A DNA stretch of 64,000 nucleotides, taken from IMG/VR virus record IMGVR_UViG_3300031951_000046, one strand, 5' to 3'. This document shows, piece after piece, positions 38,008-48,832 of the stretch. The notes beneath the pieces are model-generated. The model had not been told where the DNA came from. It ran no database searches and was given only the letters and a program-made list of their open reading frames with translations. The position numbers and the translations under genes were made by a program. How positions within the stretch are numbered: position 1 is the first letter of the stretch; the number at the start of each line of letters is the position of its first letter. This stretch comes from an uncultured virus (IMG/VR IMGVR_UViG_3300031951_000046). Its lineage: Duplodnaviria; Heunggongvirae; Uroviricota; Caudoviricetes.

Positions 38008-41000
38008 ATGTCCAACGACAAGATTGACACCGGTACCGGAGGATTTCCGATAGGAGAGGGACAGACTCGTCTTTCTTACGACGTGGGAACTGAAGACTCC
38101 GAAGACATTCCGCGAATACCTTGGAGTCCGGGGGACGTCAGAGTCGACAACAGGAAGAAAGACGTGTCGAGGTCGACACGCTCCACGCTTGCTGCATACA
38201 TGAGTGACACCACGCTTGGTAAGACTCCTTCTTCTCCCAGCCCAGTTAAGAATGCATATCCGATCAATCATCTTGACAGGAAAGATCCAGTTGAACTCTC
38301 ACTCAAGGATCAAAAAGGATATCCGGTCAATCCCGACGTCTCTCTAAGCGCTTATTTAAACACTGACAACGAGTCAGAGACGTACGTACCTGGAAAGGTA
38401 CTATCGAGTAGGTCTTCGGCGGCCACCAACCTAGAAGTTCTTAGAGGTCGTCAGGAAGGAACGGGCAAGGTTGACGGTAACAAGCTTTTAAAAAATGCCA
38501 CACCTGACGGAGCCAACCCGGGTGTCATAAATCCGTCCGCTAAGGGCGGCTCACTTCCACAAATTGGTTACGCGAAACCAGAGGACCTCTCAAAAGAGAT
38601 AAAGAACTACTACGGCAGTCCCAATCCTGGAAACATAAGTAACTCTGTCATATATAACAGGTTTAATCCAGAAAATCTCTACGAGGATAACACAGGTATT
38701 AATTCTCCTCAATTTGCGAAGAAGTATCCGCTTGGCCATAATTTGCCTCCCAATGCCGCAGAAAGAAACGTCACGCATGCGCGGCTCGCTCAGATAGGCA
38801 ATGCACTTTCAATTCGATCGGGACTTGAGCTCAAGTCGCTGTCAGAGGGAAACAATCCTACAGACAATGCCTCTGTAGCCGGGGCAGTTCTTCCTGGATC
38901 GGCCCAGTTTGGTGTCTACAGACTCGAAAGAGAACAGTTAGAGGCAGCCAGCGTCTTGGAGACTTTAACTCTGGAGGGAATAGACGACAATCTGTTGATT
39001 AATCCCGCGAAGCAGTCGTGGGGAACTCTTAACAACGTCCTCGATCAGTATGCAGGTATATCCAACTTTGGAATGCAGCTGTTGGCCGTCGCTCTTATAG
39101 TCGCCTTGAGTCTCGTTATTGCACTTGTTGTAAGTTTAATACCCGGAAAGGATTTCCCAATAATAAAACGTGGCATGGATAACAAAAGCATAAGGCCGTA
39201 TGGAAAGTCTTATGAAAACGGAAAGCGCCTCGACTATAGTAGTATCGCTTCAATTGTATCGCAAGGAAGCGATTTTAACGTACTGGGTCTTCTGGGATTT
39301 CCTCCTACAATATATCCAATAGAAAAATGCATTAGTGTAGGAACTCTTCTCTTTTTTGGAATAGTTCCGCCAGGAGGAGCAGACGTAAGCCTCGGAAATC
39401 TTGTGACTCAAGCCACACTGGGCGCCGCAACTTCTGCCATGAAAAATCCTGGATATTACACCGTCATGGCTCGTAGCATCAACAGGTCATTTTTGACAAT
39501 CAGCGATTCACTTCTTTCTCTTGGTAAGTCGTTTGGAAGTGGTAATTTTGTCACTGGAATTCAACAAACTCTCGAGTTCGTAAATGTGTTCAGAGACTCC
39601 AAATTTTTGGGGTCGCTTAAAGTTTTTTCACGTCTTGGCGATGCTTATCTTTACGATGCTGATGATCCAAAGATTGACAGTGACGGTCGTCACAGGACTA
39701 AATTAGACGACGACTCAGACACAGACAATGTTCATAAGGGAAGAATAAAAAGAAATACAACGAGACTTTCTTGGTCGACTTATCGAGCCTCAGATCTCAT
39801 CTTGTACCCTGCCGGCATAGGAAAGGTATCTCCAAAAGGATCGACAGAAAGCTTCACTGATGTTCCTGATTACGGTAACTTTTTAATAAATGTAAACGAA
39901 AAAGACGACTATCTGGGCTTTAAGCACAAGAGAGTTGGTGAAAAAGTTGACGGTGTCTACACCAAGTCTCTGAAGAACGATAGGATAGAAACTCTCCGTA
40001 GAGAAGAAATGGAGGCTGCTCTTGACTCAGAATACGTTCCTTTTTACTTTCATGACGTTAGAACGAATGAAATACTGAGCTTTCATGCATTTCTTGCATC
40101 ACTAAGCGATGATTATACAGCAGCGTACGATTCATCTGAAGGATTTGGAAGAGTTGAACCTGTCAAGACATACAAAGGAACACAAAGAAAGATTGGTTTT
40201 TCTTTCTATGTTGCTGCGACGAGCGCAGAAGATTTTGAGGTAATGTGGCACAAGATTAATAAACTTGTTACATTAGTTTATCCTCAATATACAGAGGGAA
40301 GACTTCTCTCTCCTGACAAGAATTACAACATGCACATGCCATTCAGTCAGACGATACAGGCGTCACCGCTTGTCAGAGTTAGAATAGGCGACCTCATCAG
40401 ATCAAACTACAGTAAATTCAACCTCGCCCGTTTATTTGGCTACTCTTATAGTGGCACAAAATTTAACGGTGTAGAAATACCAGACAGCGGAGACCAAGAA
40501 GGCGGTGAAGGATCAATTACTGCCCAAAGACTTTCAAAGGCAAAGGCTTACTCTGCGGGAAATACATTCATACCAATGGACAAAGAGCACGTTATTGCTG
40601 CAGCTCCGGACGATGATAGCAGAGCAAAGATCATGAGAATTTGTGAGACTGCGTGGCCCGACGGTGTAGGACTGAGACTTCTTTCTACAGCTGGCAATGT
40701 TACTTCGTCCGATACAGAAGCAGTCAAGTATTATTTTGAAATTGTGCCACTCAAAGAAGACGATCTCGATTCCTCGGGCGCCATTAGCACCTGGGGAAGT
40801 AGTCCCGATGCCAACGCTGGTATTAAAATAGTTCTTAAAGAAGATCAAGTTAAATTCACTAAAACGACTGATGCAAAACATAAAGCTGAAATTGGAAGAG
40901 TTAGCAGCAACGTGAAGCAGCATAGATACACGGCTGAAGCTAAAATCTTCATGGAAGAAAACAACAATGCAGTCGTCAAGTCTTTCAAGTCTTCTGGTGG

Positions 41001-41217
41001 CAAAGGACTTGCAGGATTCATAGAGTCAATGAATTTTGATTGGTATGACAGAGTTACATGGGCGGTCGGCACAGACGGAGACAAGGGAAAAGCTCCCAAG
41101 ATGTGCAAAGTCACCATTTCCTTCTCTCCAATTCACGACATATCTCCCGGACTCGATCACGAAGGCGGAAACAGGGCTCCTGTCTATCCTGTTGGCAGCT
41201 TCTTTAGAAAGACTTGA
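38008..41217 (+). CDS. Large baseplate/tail-tube initiator-like protein
   Basis: FHAFL.SLSD.Y..GRVEPV.TY.GT.RKI.FSF..KINKL..YP..P.VRVRIGD..GFIES..P.MCKVTISF.PIHD; follows tape measure. Confidence 0.55.
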   Translation: MSNDKIDTGTGGFPIGEGQTRLSYDVGTEDSEDIPRIPWSPGDVRVDNRKKDVSRSTRSTLAAYMSDTTLGKTPSSPSPVKNAYPINHLDRKDPVELSLKDQKGYPVNPDVSLSAYLNTDNESETYVPGKVLSSRSSAATNLEVLRGRQEGTGKVDGNKLLKNATPDGANPGVINPSAKGGSLPQIGYAKPEDLSKEIKNYYGSPNPGNISNSVIYNRFNPENLYEDNTGINSPQFAKKYPLGHNLPPNAAERNVTHARLAQIGNALSIRSGLELKSLSEGNNPTDNASVAGAVLPGSAQFGVYRLEREQLEAASVLETLTLEGIDDNLLINPAKQSWGTLNNVLDQYAGISNFGMQLLAVALIVALSLVIALVVSLIPGKDFPIIKRGMDNKSIRPYGKSYENGKRLDYSSIASIVSQGSDFNVLGLLGFPPTIYPIEKCISVGTLLFFGIVPPGGADVSLGNLVTQATLGAATSAMKNPGYYTVMARSINRSFLTISDSLLSLGKSFGSGNFVTGIQQTLEFVNVFRDSKFLGSLKVFSRLGDAYLYDADDPKIDSDGRHRTKLDDDSDTDNVHKGRIKRNTTRLSWSTYRASDLILYPAGIGKVSPKGSTESFTDVPDYGNFLINVNEKDDYLGFKHKRVGEKVDGVYTKSLKNDRIETLRREEMEAALDSEYVPFYFHDVRTNEILSFHAFLASLSDDYTAAYDSSEGFGRVEPVKTYKGTQRKIGFSFYVAATSAEDFEVMWHKINKLVTLVYPQYTEGRLLSPDKNYNMHMPFSQTIQASPLVRVRIGDLIRSNYSKFNLARLFGYSYSGTKFNGVEIPDSGDQEGGEGSITAQRLSKAKAYSAGNTFIPMDKEHVIAAAPDDDSRAKIMRICETAWPDGVGLRLLSTAGNVTSSDTEAVKYYFEIVPLKEDDLDSSGAISTWGSSPDANAGIKIVLKEDQVKFTKTTDAKHKAEIGRVSSNVKQHRYTAEAKIFMEENNNAVVKSFKSSGGKGLAGFIESMNFDWYDRVTWAVGTDGDKGKAPKMCKVTISFSPIHDISPGLDHEGGNRAPVYPVGSFFRKT

Positions 41218-41226
41218 TGGTGGACA

Positions 41227-41523
41227 ATGGCAACAAGTAGATACGGAACAGATCCACGCATAAACCTGGGACAACAGCTGGGAACTCCTGAATCGATTCT
41301 TCTTCTGAAGCGCGCCATCAAAGAAGGAACCGTACCAATTATTTCAACTTTTACTCTCACGGGAAGTGAAAGATTGGACGGTCTTGCGGGCGTGGTTTAC
41401 GGCGACGCCAAATATTGGTGGATTTTGGCCATCGCAAGTGGCATTGGCTGGGGACTGCAGGCTCCACCAGGCACAGTCATTAACGTGGTTAATCTCTCTG
41501 ATGCTCTTTTGTATGTGAGGTAA
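41227..41523 (+). CDS. Baseplate wedge protein (gp53/LysM-like)
   Basis: ERLDGLA..YGD..YWWILA.AS.I..PPGT. Confidence 0.7.
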   Translation: MATSRYGTDPRINLGQQLGTPESILLLKRAIKEGTVPIISTFTLTGSERLDGLAGVVYGDAKYWWILAIASGIGWGLQAPPGTVINVVNLSDALLYVR

Positions 41524-41524
41524 A

Positions 41525-44476
41525 ATGGACTTCAAGAATCTGGAAGACATCTACAAGTATCTCAAGCCAGCTGATCTTCAAGGAACTCGTAATTCAAGCA
41601 CGCAGCGCGAGGGATTACTTGATATTCTGTCGAAAATGATCTTAGGGCCTCGCGGTGAGATTTACAGCAACAAGATCATCTTCGACAAGATCGATGAGCA
41701 TTTTAAAGGATTAGATTCGGAGACAAGCAAGAGCTACAAACGTGAAACAGGAATTCAATTTCACGCAATAACCAACACTAAGCGGCTGGATCTGGCGGAC
41801 GGCGCCTACTGGGGCAAGGTTAAAAATTTAAGCGACATGATAGATTCGCTTGGCGACAATTTTGAAGTCGCCGCGTTCGTGACGAGGAGCCCTTACCTGA
41901 GCCCAGCCACACGCGGAACAGACAACGTAGACTTCTTTTTAAACTACACTCCCCCAATTGTTGCTGCTTCTATGATGCCGTACCTTGACGTGGAATTTCA
42001 GACTCAAGGTGCTTCATTGACTTCTTTGAATACTCCAAGCTCTCTTAGATTTCTAATTGGAGCAGTGGAACCAGAGTCTAGTCAAGATAAAGTCATAAGA
42101 GACTCCGACATATTCAAATTGGAGTCTGGGCAGGAGGCTCAGAACTTTGGCCTCTCCGGCATGGAAATGTTCTTAATGCCGCAGACGCTTACGAACATGA
42201 ACATCGAAGGTCTCTTGCCTCACAAGGGTCGTCTTGTTCTTGCCAAACCGTTCCTGCCCTTTGCCTCTCTCCTTGGTTTTGACGTCACCATTTCGAACGC
42301 AGGAGCGGGCAACTTTGCTCACAAGAAAGGCACGTTAAAATTTAAAATACACGACAAGGCAAGGATATCAGAGATTGCAGAGTTTATTAAAGGAAGCTCT
42401 GGATTCAACAAGGCTGTCATTTGGACGACTTACGGTTGGCTTGCACCGATGAACAGGATGCAAGAAGACGACTATGCAAAGTTTATAAATGAGTCGATGC
42501 TCATAAGGGAATGCTGGTCCGTCGTCAACTCACAATTCTCCTTTGATAACTCTGGGCAGGTTTCTATGAGCCTCGAGCTGGTTAGTAAGGCTGCCAAGGC
42601 GCTTGAATCCCTAACTGTTGATGAAGTTAGCAGTGAAATCAAAGACTTTCACGAAGTAATAAAGTCTATAGCTGCGATAAAAGAGAAAGTTGTCGGAGAG
42701 AACAAATTCGCTGTTAATATAGCTGCCGAGCAGTTATTGAATGCAGCTTCGACAAGTGGTTTTCTCAACGAGCTAAAGGATGTAAAGTCCACCATAGCGT
42801 CTCTCAAGAGCAATCTACAATACAGTAATCTTCCAAAAGAACAGGTTGAAAAACTGGGCACGCAGCTGGACTCTCTCGTTGATGACAAGAAATACAGCTA
42901 CGAAAAGATAAAGAAGTCTATTGGAACGTCAGTCACAACAAAGTTCAATGCTCTCGGCAACAAACCTGATCCCTTCATTCCAACAAGCGAACCTGAGAGA
43001 GAACTTTATTTTTCCGACCCTGCGCTTAAGACTTCTATAGATGAATTCAACAAGAACAAGGAGAAGCGTCAGGCTGCTATAGAGAAGTCTAAAGAATTTA
43101 ATCCTAATCTTAAAATCAACAAAGAGGTAGTTTCTTTTGGCAAGCTTTTCATGTCATTCGTGGCACCCAGCGTTGCTGCCTCAAACTCCTGTGATGAACT
43201 ACAGGTCTTCTTCTATGGGTTTAATGATCAGTGCGGTCCATTGAGCGGTCAAAGCATCGCAGAGTTTCCTGTAAACCTACCAGCCCTTATGTATGCCTAT
43301 GCTGCTTCGATCAAAAACAACGGTCTTGAGTCTCTCAGTCTACAAGTCTTCTTAAGGCTTGTCATAGAGACACAGTTTTCAGATCAGCGCGCCATTGGAT
43401 ATGGCATGAACTCTTTTTTCGATCAGATAGACCTGGACAACCCCAGCAAGGTACAGCGTAGCGACGGCAAGTCTGATGCAGGAATGAGTCGGTGGATCGG
43501 TAGATATGGAGCCCTCAAAATGCCTGTCATCGAGATGTTCGTAGAAAACGGAGAAGAGAGCGACAGGATAAAGCACACAGTTGAGTCACTTAAGAGATCT
43601 GCTACTCGTCTTAACTATGAGGAGAACAGTACTAAAAAAGGTGGGTCTAAAAAAGTTATAAAGAGAATTCACATCTATGATAGAGCGAATAATCCATATA
43701 GACTTGCCCAGCAAATAATAGACACAGGCGACAATAGTTTTGAGATAGCTGAGGTTTTGACAGGACCCGCTGATGCCAAACTTCGAAATATCATCAACGG
43801 TCTTGATGAAAAACATCAAAGAGCTCTACAGGAAAAACTTAGAAGTGGTGTTGCATACAACAAGGCTTTGACTGACATAGGCGTTGCCGCAGACGAAGTG
43901 AACAGCCTAGTAACAATTGCGAGACCTGGGGGGCAAAAATTGGTCCTTCCCAAGGACAGAAAGCGACTTAAAGACTACTTAATGTCTACTGTGCCCTGCA
44001 TTTTTGTGGGAACCAACGGGACTCTCGTTTTAAGCAGCAATGCCTCTTCCTCAACTTCAGGCTTACAAGGTGCTATAAATATCATGAATGCATCAAAGGC
44101 CGACGCCAAGGGTCAAGGGACCGTTAGCAGTAATCCGCTTGAAGAGGTCGGAGGTCTGCCGTTGAGAACAGTTCCTATACAACTTACAATGACAACAATG
44201 GGAGTGCCGATCGCGCAGCTGTATCAGACATATTTTGTAGACTTTGAGACAGGCACTTCACTCGATAACATTTATAACTGCACGCAGCTACAGCACTCTA
44301 TATCTCCTGGAAAATTCACCACGAACTGGACGTTCATGTACGCCAGCGGTTACGGAAAATTCTCTGCGGCCCCGACTGTTGCTGGGCTTATGAACCAGAG
44401 GGCCAAATCTATTGTCGATGAATCAATCGCTAAGTTACTTGAAAGACCAAGCAACGGCACCAATGTAAACAAGTAG
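41525..44476 (+). CDS. Large structural protein, probable baseplate hub
   Basis: Synteny after the gp53-like gene; C-terminal L.MTTMG.P..Q.YFVDF.TGT..DNIY..HSISPGKF.T. Confidence 0.5.
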   Translation: MDFKNLEDIYKYLKPADLQGTRNSSTQREGLLDILSKMILGPRGEIYSNKIIFDKIDEHFKGLDSETSKSYKRETGIQFHAITNTKRLDLADGAYWGKVKNLSDMIDSLGDNFEVAAFVTRSPYLSPATRGTDNVDFFLNYTPPIVAASMMPYLDVEFQTQGASLTSLNTPSSLRFLIGAVEPESSQDKVIRDSDIFKLESGQEAQNFGLSGMEMFLMPQTLTNMNIEGLLPHKGRLVLAKPFLPFASLLGFDVTISNAGAGNFAHKKGTLKFKIHDKARISEIAEFIKGSSGFNKAVIWTTYGWLAPMNRMQEDDYAKFINESMLIRECWSVVNSQFSFDNSGQVSMSLELVSKAAKALESLTVDEVSSEIKDFHEVIKSIAAIKEKVVGENKFAVNIAAEQLLNAASTSGFLNELKDVKSTIASLKSNLQYSNLPKEQVEKLGTQLDSLVDDKKYSYEKIKKSIGTSVTTKFNALGNKPDPFIPTSEPERELYFSDPALKTSIDEFNKNKEKRQAAIEKSKEFNPNLKINKEVVSFGKLFMSFVAPSVAASNSCDELQVFFYGFNDQCGPLSGQSIAEFPVNLPALMYAYAASIKNNGLESLSLQVFLRLVIETQFSDQRAIGYGMNSFFDQIDLDNPSKVQRSDGKSDAGMSRWIGRYGALKMPVIEMFVENGEESDRIKHTVESLKRSATRLNYEENSTKKGGSKKVIKRIHIYDRANNPYRLAQQIIDTGDNSFEIAEVLTGPADAKLRNIINGLDEKHQRALQEKLRSGVAYNKALTDIGVAADEVNSLVTIARPGGQKLVLPKDRKRLKDYLMSTVPCIFVGTNGTLVLSSNASSSTSGLQGAINIMNASKADAKGQGTVSSNPLEEVGGLPLRTVPIQLTMTTMGVPIAQLYQTYFVDFETGTSLDNIYNCTQLQHSISPGKFTTNWTFMYASGYGKFSAAPTVAGLMNQRAKSIVDESIAKLLERPSNGTNVNK

Positions 44477-44498
44477 AAATCTGTAGTAAACTCTCTGA

Positions 44499-45707
44499 GT
44501 GCATAGATTTGTTATCGATTCTTCGGTTCTTGGAACCGAAAAGCATCTCGTCGGTGATCTCGAGGGATTTGTTTGGTCTGAGTCTGTTCCTCGTGATGGC
44601 TGGCATCTTACCGGAGACTTCAAGACATCTCCGTCAGCAAGATGCCTTGACACTCTCTTCAAGATGCATGGTCACAATTTGGCTGAAGTTCCTGAAAAGT
44701 ATCTGACTGCAATGAAGACGCTTGTAACAGGTTCTGTTCCCATTCCGTGGAAATCTGTTCTACCGCAAGAAGAATTCAGAAAATTCTTTAAAATTCTTGT
44801 TCAGGAAACATCAGATGTTTTTCCAAGTTTACCCTTCAGCTATTACGAGACTGCCTGGTCTGCAGGCACGAGAGTGCTGTCGTCTTTTCGTCCTGCATGC
44901 ATCGATACTGAAGTTTTTGCGCAGATCTTTGATAAGACTCCTGCTTCTCCCGGTCTAGAGAGCTTTAGACCAAAAAGAAGCGGATTTGCACATTCTGTTG
45001 TCTATGATAGATTCGCAACTCGTACTGGTAGACTAACAGTAGTTGAAGGTCCCAATATCTTAATTCTAAAGAAAGAAAATAGGCGGATTGTCAAATCTTC
45101 TTTTGAGAACGGAATTGTTGCATACATCGATTTTAGAGCCCTAGAGGCAAGAATTGTTCTTGCAGAGGCAGGAAGAAGCTCTACTGCCGAAGACTTGTAC
45201 GACGATCTGTCTCACTTGCTGTTCAAGGGAATTTTGCCGAGAGACGTGGTGAAGACCGCAGTTTTGTCGGAGCTTTACGGTATCTCTCGAGCTTCTCTCA
45301 AGGCAAGGCTAGGAGTTTCTGATCAAAAGCTGGATGCATTCATCGAAGTCATCAGAAAGTACTTCGAAGTAGACGTGCTAAGGGCAAAACTAAAAGATCA
45401 GCTGTCTTCTCAAGGAAAGATAAACAACAGGTTCGGAAGACCGCTTGTGATTCCACAAGGTCAAGACAATCTATTGGTGAACACTTATGCACAGTCTTCT
45501 GGCGTTGATGTGTCTCTCTTGGGATTTGATTCCATTCTTAGGCAGCTTGGACCTGAAGGAATACGTCCTCTTTTTGTGCTGCACGACGCAATGATAGTAG
45601 ATGTCAGTCGCGACAGAATCGAAGACGTCATGAGCATCAAAGAAGTGTCCATTCCCACATACATGTCTCCCTTTCCAGTAAAGTTTGAACATCTCAAAGA
45701 AGATTGA
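44499..45707 (+). CDS. Minimal family A DNA polymerase (polymerase domain only)
   Basis: TRTGRL; motif A IDFRALEAR; motif B RDVVKTAVLSELYG; NTYAQSSGVD; motif C LHDAMIVD; GTG start. Confidence 0.75.
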   Translation: MHRFVIDSSVLGTEKHLVGDLEGFVWSESVPRDGWHLTGDFKTSPSARCLDTLFKMHGHNLAEVPEKYLTAMKTLVTGSVPIPWKSVLPQEEFRKFFKILVQETSDVFPSLPFSYYETAWSAGTRVLSSFRPACIDTEVFAQIFDKTPASPGLESFRPKRSGFAHSVVYDRFATRTGRLTVVEGPNILILKKENRRIVKSSFENGIVAYIDFRALEARIVLAEAGRSSTAEDLYDDLSHLLFKGILPRDVVKTAVLSELYGISRASLKARLGVSDQKLDAFIEVIRKYFEVDVLRAKLKDQLSSQGKINNRFGRPLVIPQGQDNLLVNTYAQSSGVDVSLLGFDSILRQLGPEGIRPLFVLHDAMIVDVSRDRIEDVMSIKEVSIPTYMSPFPVKFEHLKED

Positions 45708-45721
45708 TTATCATTATGTGC

Positions 45722-46309
45722 ATGGAATTAACTCCCGAACAAATTGCAGAAAATTTTGATAAGTTTCGTAGCTTCATGGAGAAGCTCGGAGATAGATCTG
45801 CTCCTGCACTAGCACTGGTCGATCATCTAGGTGAAAGACTTGCTATGTGTCCTGCTTCTTCTAGGAAGGAGTATCATGCTGCATTTCCCGGAGGTTTAGT
45901 TGACCACTCGCTTAGGCTACTGAGCAATGCTCTCAAGCTTTGCAAGACTTTTAATTGGGAAGTCCCAAAGGACTCTCTTATCATTGGTTGTCTTCTCCAC
46001 GACCTGGGCAAGGTAGGAGATCACGAAAGAGATTATTATCTTCCCCAAGATTCAGACTGGCATCGAGAGAAGCTTGGTGAGATGTACAAGCATAACAGAG
46101 AGATTCTCTACATGACTGTTCCCGATAGAGGCGTGTGGCTTTGTCAGCATTTTGGCTTAAAGCTGACCCAAGACGAATGGCTTGCAATCAAGTTAAATGA
46201 TGGTCAATACGCTGAAGAGAACGCCCCTTACAAGATGAAGGAGCCTCTCCTTGCGGACATTGTTCATCTTGCTGACTATATTTCTTGCAAACAGGAAAAG
46301 AATCTTTGA
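45722..46309 (+). CDS. HD-domain phosphohydrolase/nuclease (YhaM/Cbf1-like HD domain)
   Basis: PAS..YH.AFPGGLVDHSL..LLHDLGK..HLAD. Confidence 0.75.
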   Translation: MELTPEQIAENFDKFRSFMEKLGDRSAPALALVDHLGERLAMCPASSRKEYHAAFPGGLVDHSLRLLSNALKLCKTFNWEVPKDSLIIGCLLHDLGKVGDHERDYYLPQDSDWHREKLGEMYKHNREILYMTVPDRGVWLCQHFGLKLTQDEWLAIKLNDGQYAEENAPYKMKEPLLADIVHLADYISCKQEKNL

Positions 46310-46328
46310 CTCTTGAATACTTATCCTC

Positions 46329-46619
46329 ATGAGCGCTTTACTGAGACAGTACATAGAAGCAGTCCTCGCAGAGGTGACTGATTATCGCGTACCCAATCAG
46401 ATGATTCCAAAGGGATCTAAGAAGCAAGATAGCAAAAAAAATGATGCGAATAAGGATTCGGAAGAGGAGAAGGAAGAGATGGACGAGATGAACGTTGTCG
46501 CCAATATCGCAGGTTACACCGCGCCTCTTGGAGCTTCCTCGGCAGACGTGGGCGCAAACCCAACGAAGCCGGGTCAGAAGCTCAAGAAGAGCAAGAAGAA
46601 CTTTGCTCGTTGGAAGTGA
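46329..46619 (+). CDS. Hypothetical charged protein
   Basis: MSALLRQYIEAVLAE; ATACTTA 5 nt upstream. Confidence 0.6.
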   Translation: MSALLRQYIEAVLAEVTDYRVPNQMIPKGSKKQDSKKNDANKDSEEEKEEMDEMNVVANIAGYTAPLGASSADVGANPTKPGQKLKKSKKNFARWK

Positions 46620-46754
46620 TCTCTATTGTGACAACTATTTTGAACAGTCAATCCTCCTTGTGTTAGTTTGAGGATTCAAATAACGGCGATGGTTCACCAC
46701 GTGGTGTGGTGCTATTGTCTGCAGGCGAATAGAGGAAAAGGAATAGGAATAATC

Positions 46755-47594
46755 ATGGCAATCGATTTGGAAGCAATTAAGCGTCGTGTGGCAGAACTCA
46801 GCGGTGTCAAGAAGACTTCTTCGGTACAGATGTGGAAGCCAGGACTCGGTGAACACAAGGTTCGTTGTCTGCCTTGGAAGAACACACCAGATGGTCAGCC
46901 TTTTGCAGAGAGGTGGTTTTATTACATTGGTGATAATTCAGGTATTTTGACACCAAAGCAATTTGGAAAGCCCGACCCTATCGATGATCTTATCAGAAAG
47001 CTCTATAGCAGCGGAAAGCCGGATGACCGAGTACTCGCCAAGAAGCTAGCTCCAAAGATGCGTTGCTATGCCCCTGTAATTGTTCGTGGCGAGGAGGACA
47101 AAGGCGTCCAGATTTGGAGCTTTGGTAAACTTGTTTACCAGAGAATGCTTGGATTCTTCCTCGACGAAGAGGTTGGCGACATCCTCTCTCCGTCCGAAGG
47201 CTTCGATCTCAAGGTGACGATCTCGAAGCAACCAGGCAAGCAGTTCAATGACACGACCGTCGATCCTGCACGTAAGTCGACGCCACTTCACAGTGACTCA
47301 TCCACGGCACAGAAGTGGCTGGATAATATCCCCAATATTGACGACATGTACAGACTTAAGTCGACGCAAGAGATTGAAGCTGTACTTAATAACTGGCTCA
47401 ACGGTGGCGGCAGTGAACCCGCCCAGGATGGTGGCTCAACTCGCGGCGCAGAACCCGTTGATGAGCTTGAAAGCTTGGTAGCTGAAGTCAAGCAGTCTCC
47501 TGACAAGAAGTCTCCTTCAAAGAAGCCTGAGAAGACTGAATCTAAAAAGCAGTCTCTAGATGATGCATTTGCAGACTTAATTGGCGAAGATTGA
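46755..47594 (+). CDS. Single-stranded DNA-binding protein (T4 gp32-like)
   Basis: MAIDLEAIKRR..WKP..VR.LP..FG..DPI..V.VRGEED.G..W.FGK..G.DL; acidic tail LDDAFADLIGED; next to RecA. Confidence 0.8.
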   Translation: MAIDLEAIKRRVAELSGVKKTSSVQMWKPGLGEHKVRCLPWKNTPDGQPFAERWFYYIGDNSGILTPKQFGKPDPIDDLIRKLYSSGKPDDRVLAKKLAPKMRCYAPVIVRGEEDKGVQIWSFGKLVYQRMLGFFLDEEVGDILSPSEGFDLKVTISKQPGKQFNDTTVDPARKSTPLHSDSSTAQKWLDNIPNIDDMYRLKSTQEIEAVLNNWLNGGGSEPAQDGGSTRGAEPVDELESLVAEVKQSPDKKSPSKKPEKTESKKQSLDDAFADLIGED

Positions 47595-47603
47595 TGTCTT
47601 AAG

Positions 47604-47636
47604 ATGGCGCCCAGGAAAACTGGGCGCCATTATTAT
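47604..47636 (+). terminator. GC-rich hairpin after the SSB gene (terminator or RNA-stabilising stem)
   Basis: ATGGCGCCCAG-gaaaa-CTGGGCGCCAT followed by TATTAT. Confidence 0.6.
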
Positions 47637-47650
47637 TAGAGAGTATTAAA

Positions 47651-48832
47651 ATGGCAAAAAAAGAAAAAGATACTGAACAGTCTCTTTCCAAGAAGTCAGA
47701 AGTTGATGACATGATGAAAGATCTCATCACGTCAATTAACAAAGAATTTGGAACTCGCGTCGCTTACAATCTCTCTGAGATGGATGCACCTACCATCGTG
47801 AAGCGATGGATTGATACGGGCTCAATTCAACTCAACTATGCCATTAGGAATGCTGCTGATGGTGGCTATCCTGAAGGTAGAATTATTGAGATTTCCGGTG
47901 CTCCCTCAAGCGGTAAGTCACATTTAGCTTACCATGCTGCGGCTGTCGCCCAAAAGATGGGCGGGCTTGTCGTCTACGTGGACACGGAGAATGCTACCCC
48001 AGTCCAAAAGTTGTCCGATATGGGCATCGATGTACGTAAGAGATTCGTCTACGTCGACACTCACTGCACAGAAGAGGTGTTCTCTATTATCGAGTCAACC
48101 ATCACAAAAGCGAAGCAGATCGTTGAAAAGAACGTTCCCATCGTCGTCATCTGGGACTCAGTCGCCGCAACTTCACCCAAGGCCGAACTCGACGGTGAGT
48201 ATGAGGACAACACGATCGGTCTTCAGGCGCGCGTCATCTCCAAGGGCATGCGCAAGATCACAGGTGTCATTGGGCAGAACAACGTGACGCTCATCTGCAT
48301 CAACCAGATCCGCGACAAGATTGGCGTCATGTACGGTGATCCCACCACCACACCAGGCGGCAAGGCGATTCCTTTCCACGCTTCTGTTCGTATCTCCCTC
48401 ACAAGCGGCATGCCCGTGAAGGACAAGGACGGCAACATCATCGGTATTCACGTCATCTGCACTCTTAAGAAGAACAAGGTTGCTCCTCCCTTCAAGAAGT
48501 GCGAGTTTGACATCATCTTTGGCAAGGGAATCGTGGAGCACGAGTACATCTTCGACGAAGTGCGCACTCACTGCAAGGAAAATGGAGGAGTCGTCTTTGA
48601 AGACAACAAGGTCTCTATCACGGGAGAGGGTGCATGGAAAGAACTCATCGTTTCTTCTGAGAAGACGGGAGAGGTCCTCATCACCAAGAAGTTCTATAAG
48701 GCAGACTTCGGTGAAGTAATGAAGGATGAGAAGTACAAGAAGTATGTTGATGCTGTCATTGATGCTGCCTTGTCTATCAATCCAGGTACAATTGAACAGC
48801 TTATCGAAGAGGAGATAACGTCTGATGAGTGA
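47651..48832 (+). CDS. recA: RecA/UvsX recombinase
   Basis: GGYPEGRIIEISGAPSSGKS (Walker A); VYVDTE; WDSVAA; GLQAR; INQIRDKIGVMYGDPTTTPGGKAIPFHASVR; KNKVAPPFK. Confidence 0.95.
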   Translation: MAKKEKDTEQSLSKKSEVDDMMKDLITSINKEFGTRVAYNLSEMDAPTIVKRWIDTGSIQLNYAIRNAADGGYPEGRIIEISGAPSSGKSHLAYHAAAVAQKMGGLVVYVDTENATPVQKLSDMGIDVRKRFVYVDTHCTEEVFSIIESTITKAKQIVEKNVPIVVIWDSVAATSPKAELDGEYEDNTIGLQARVISKGMRKITGVIGQNNVTLICINQIRDKIGVMYGDPTTTPGGKAIPFHASVRISLTSGMPVKDKDGNIIGIHVICTLKKNKVAPPFKKCEFDIIFGKGIVEHEYIFDEVRTHCKENGGVVFEDNKVSITGEGAWKELIVSSEKTGEVLITKKFYKADFGEVMKDEKYKKYVDAVIDAALSINPGTIEQLIEEEITSDE

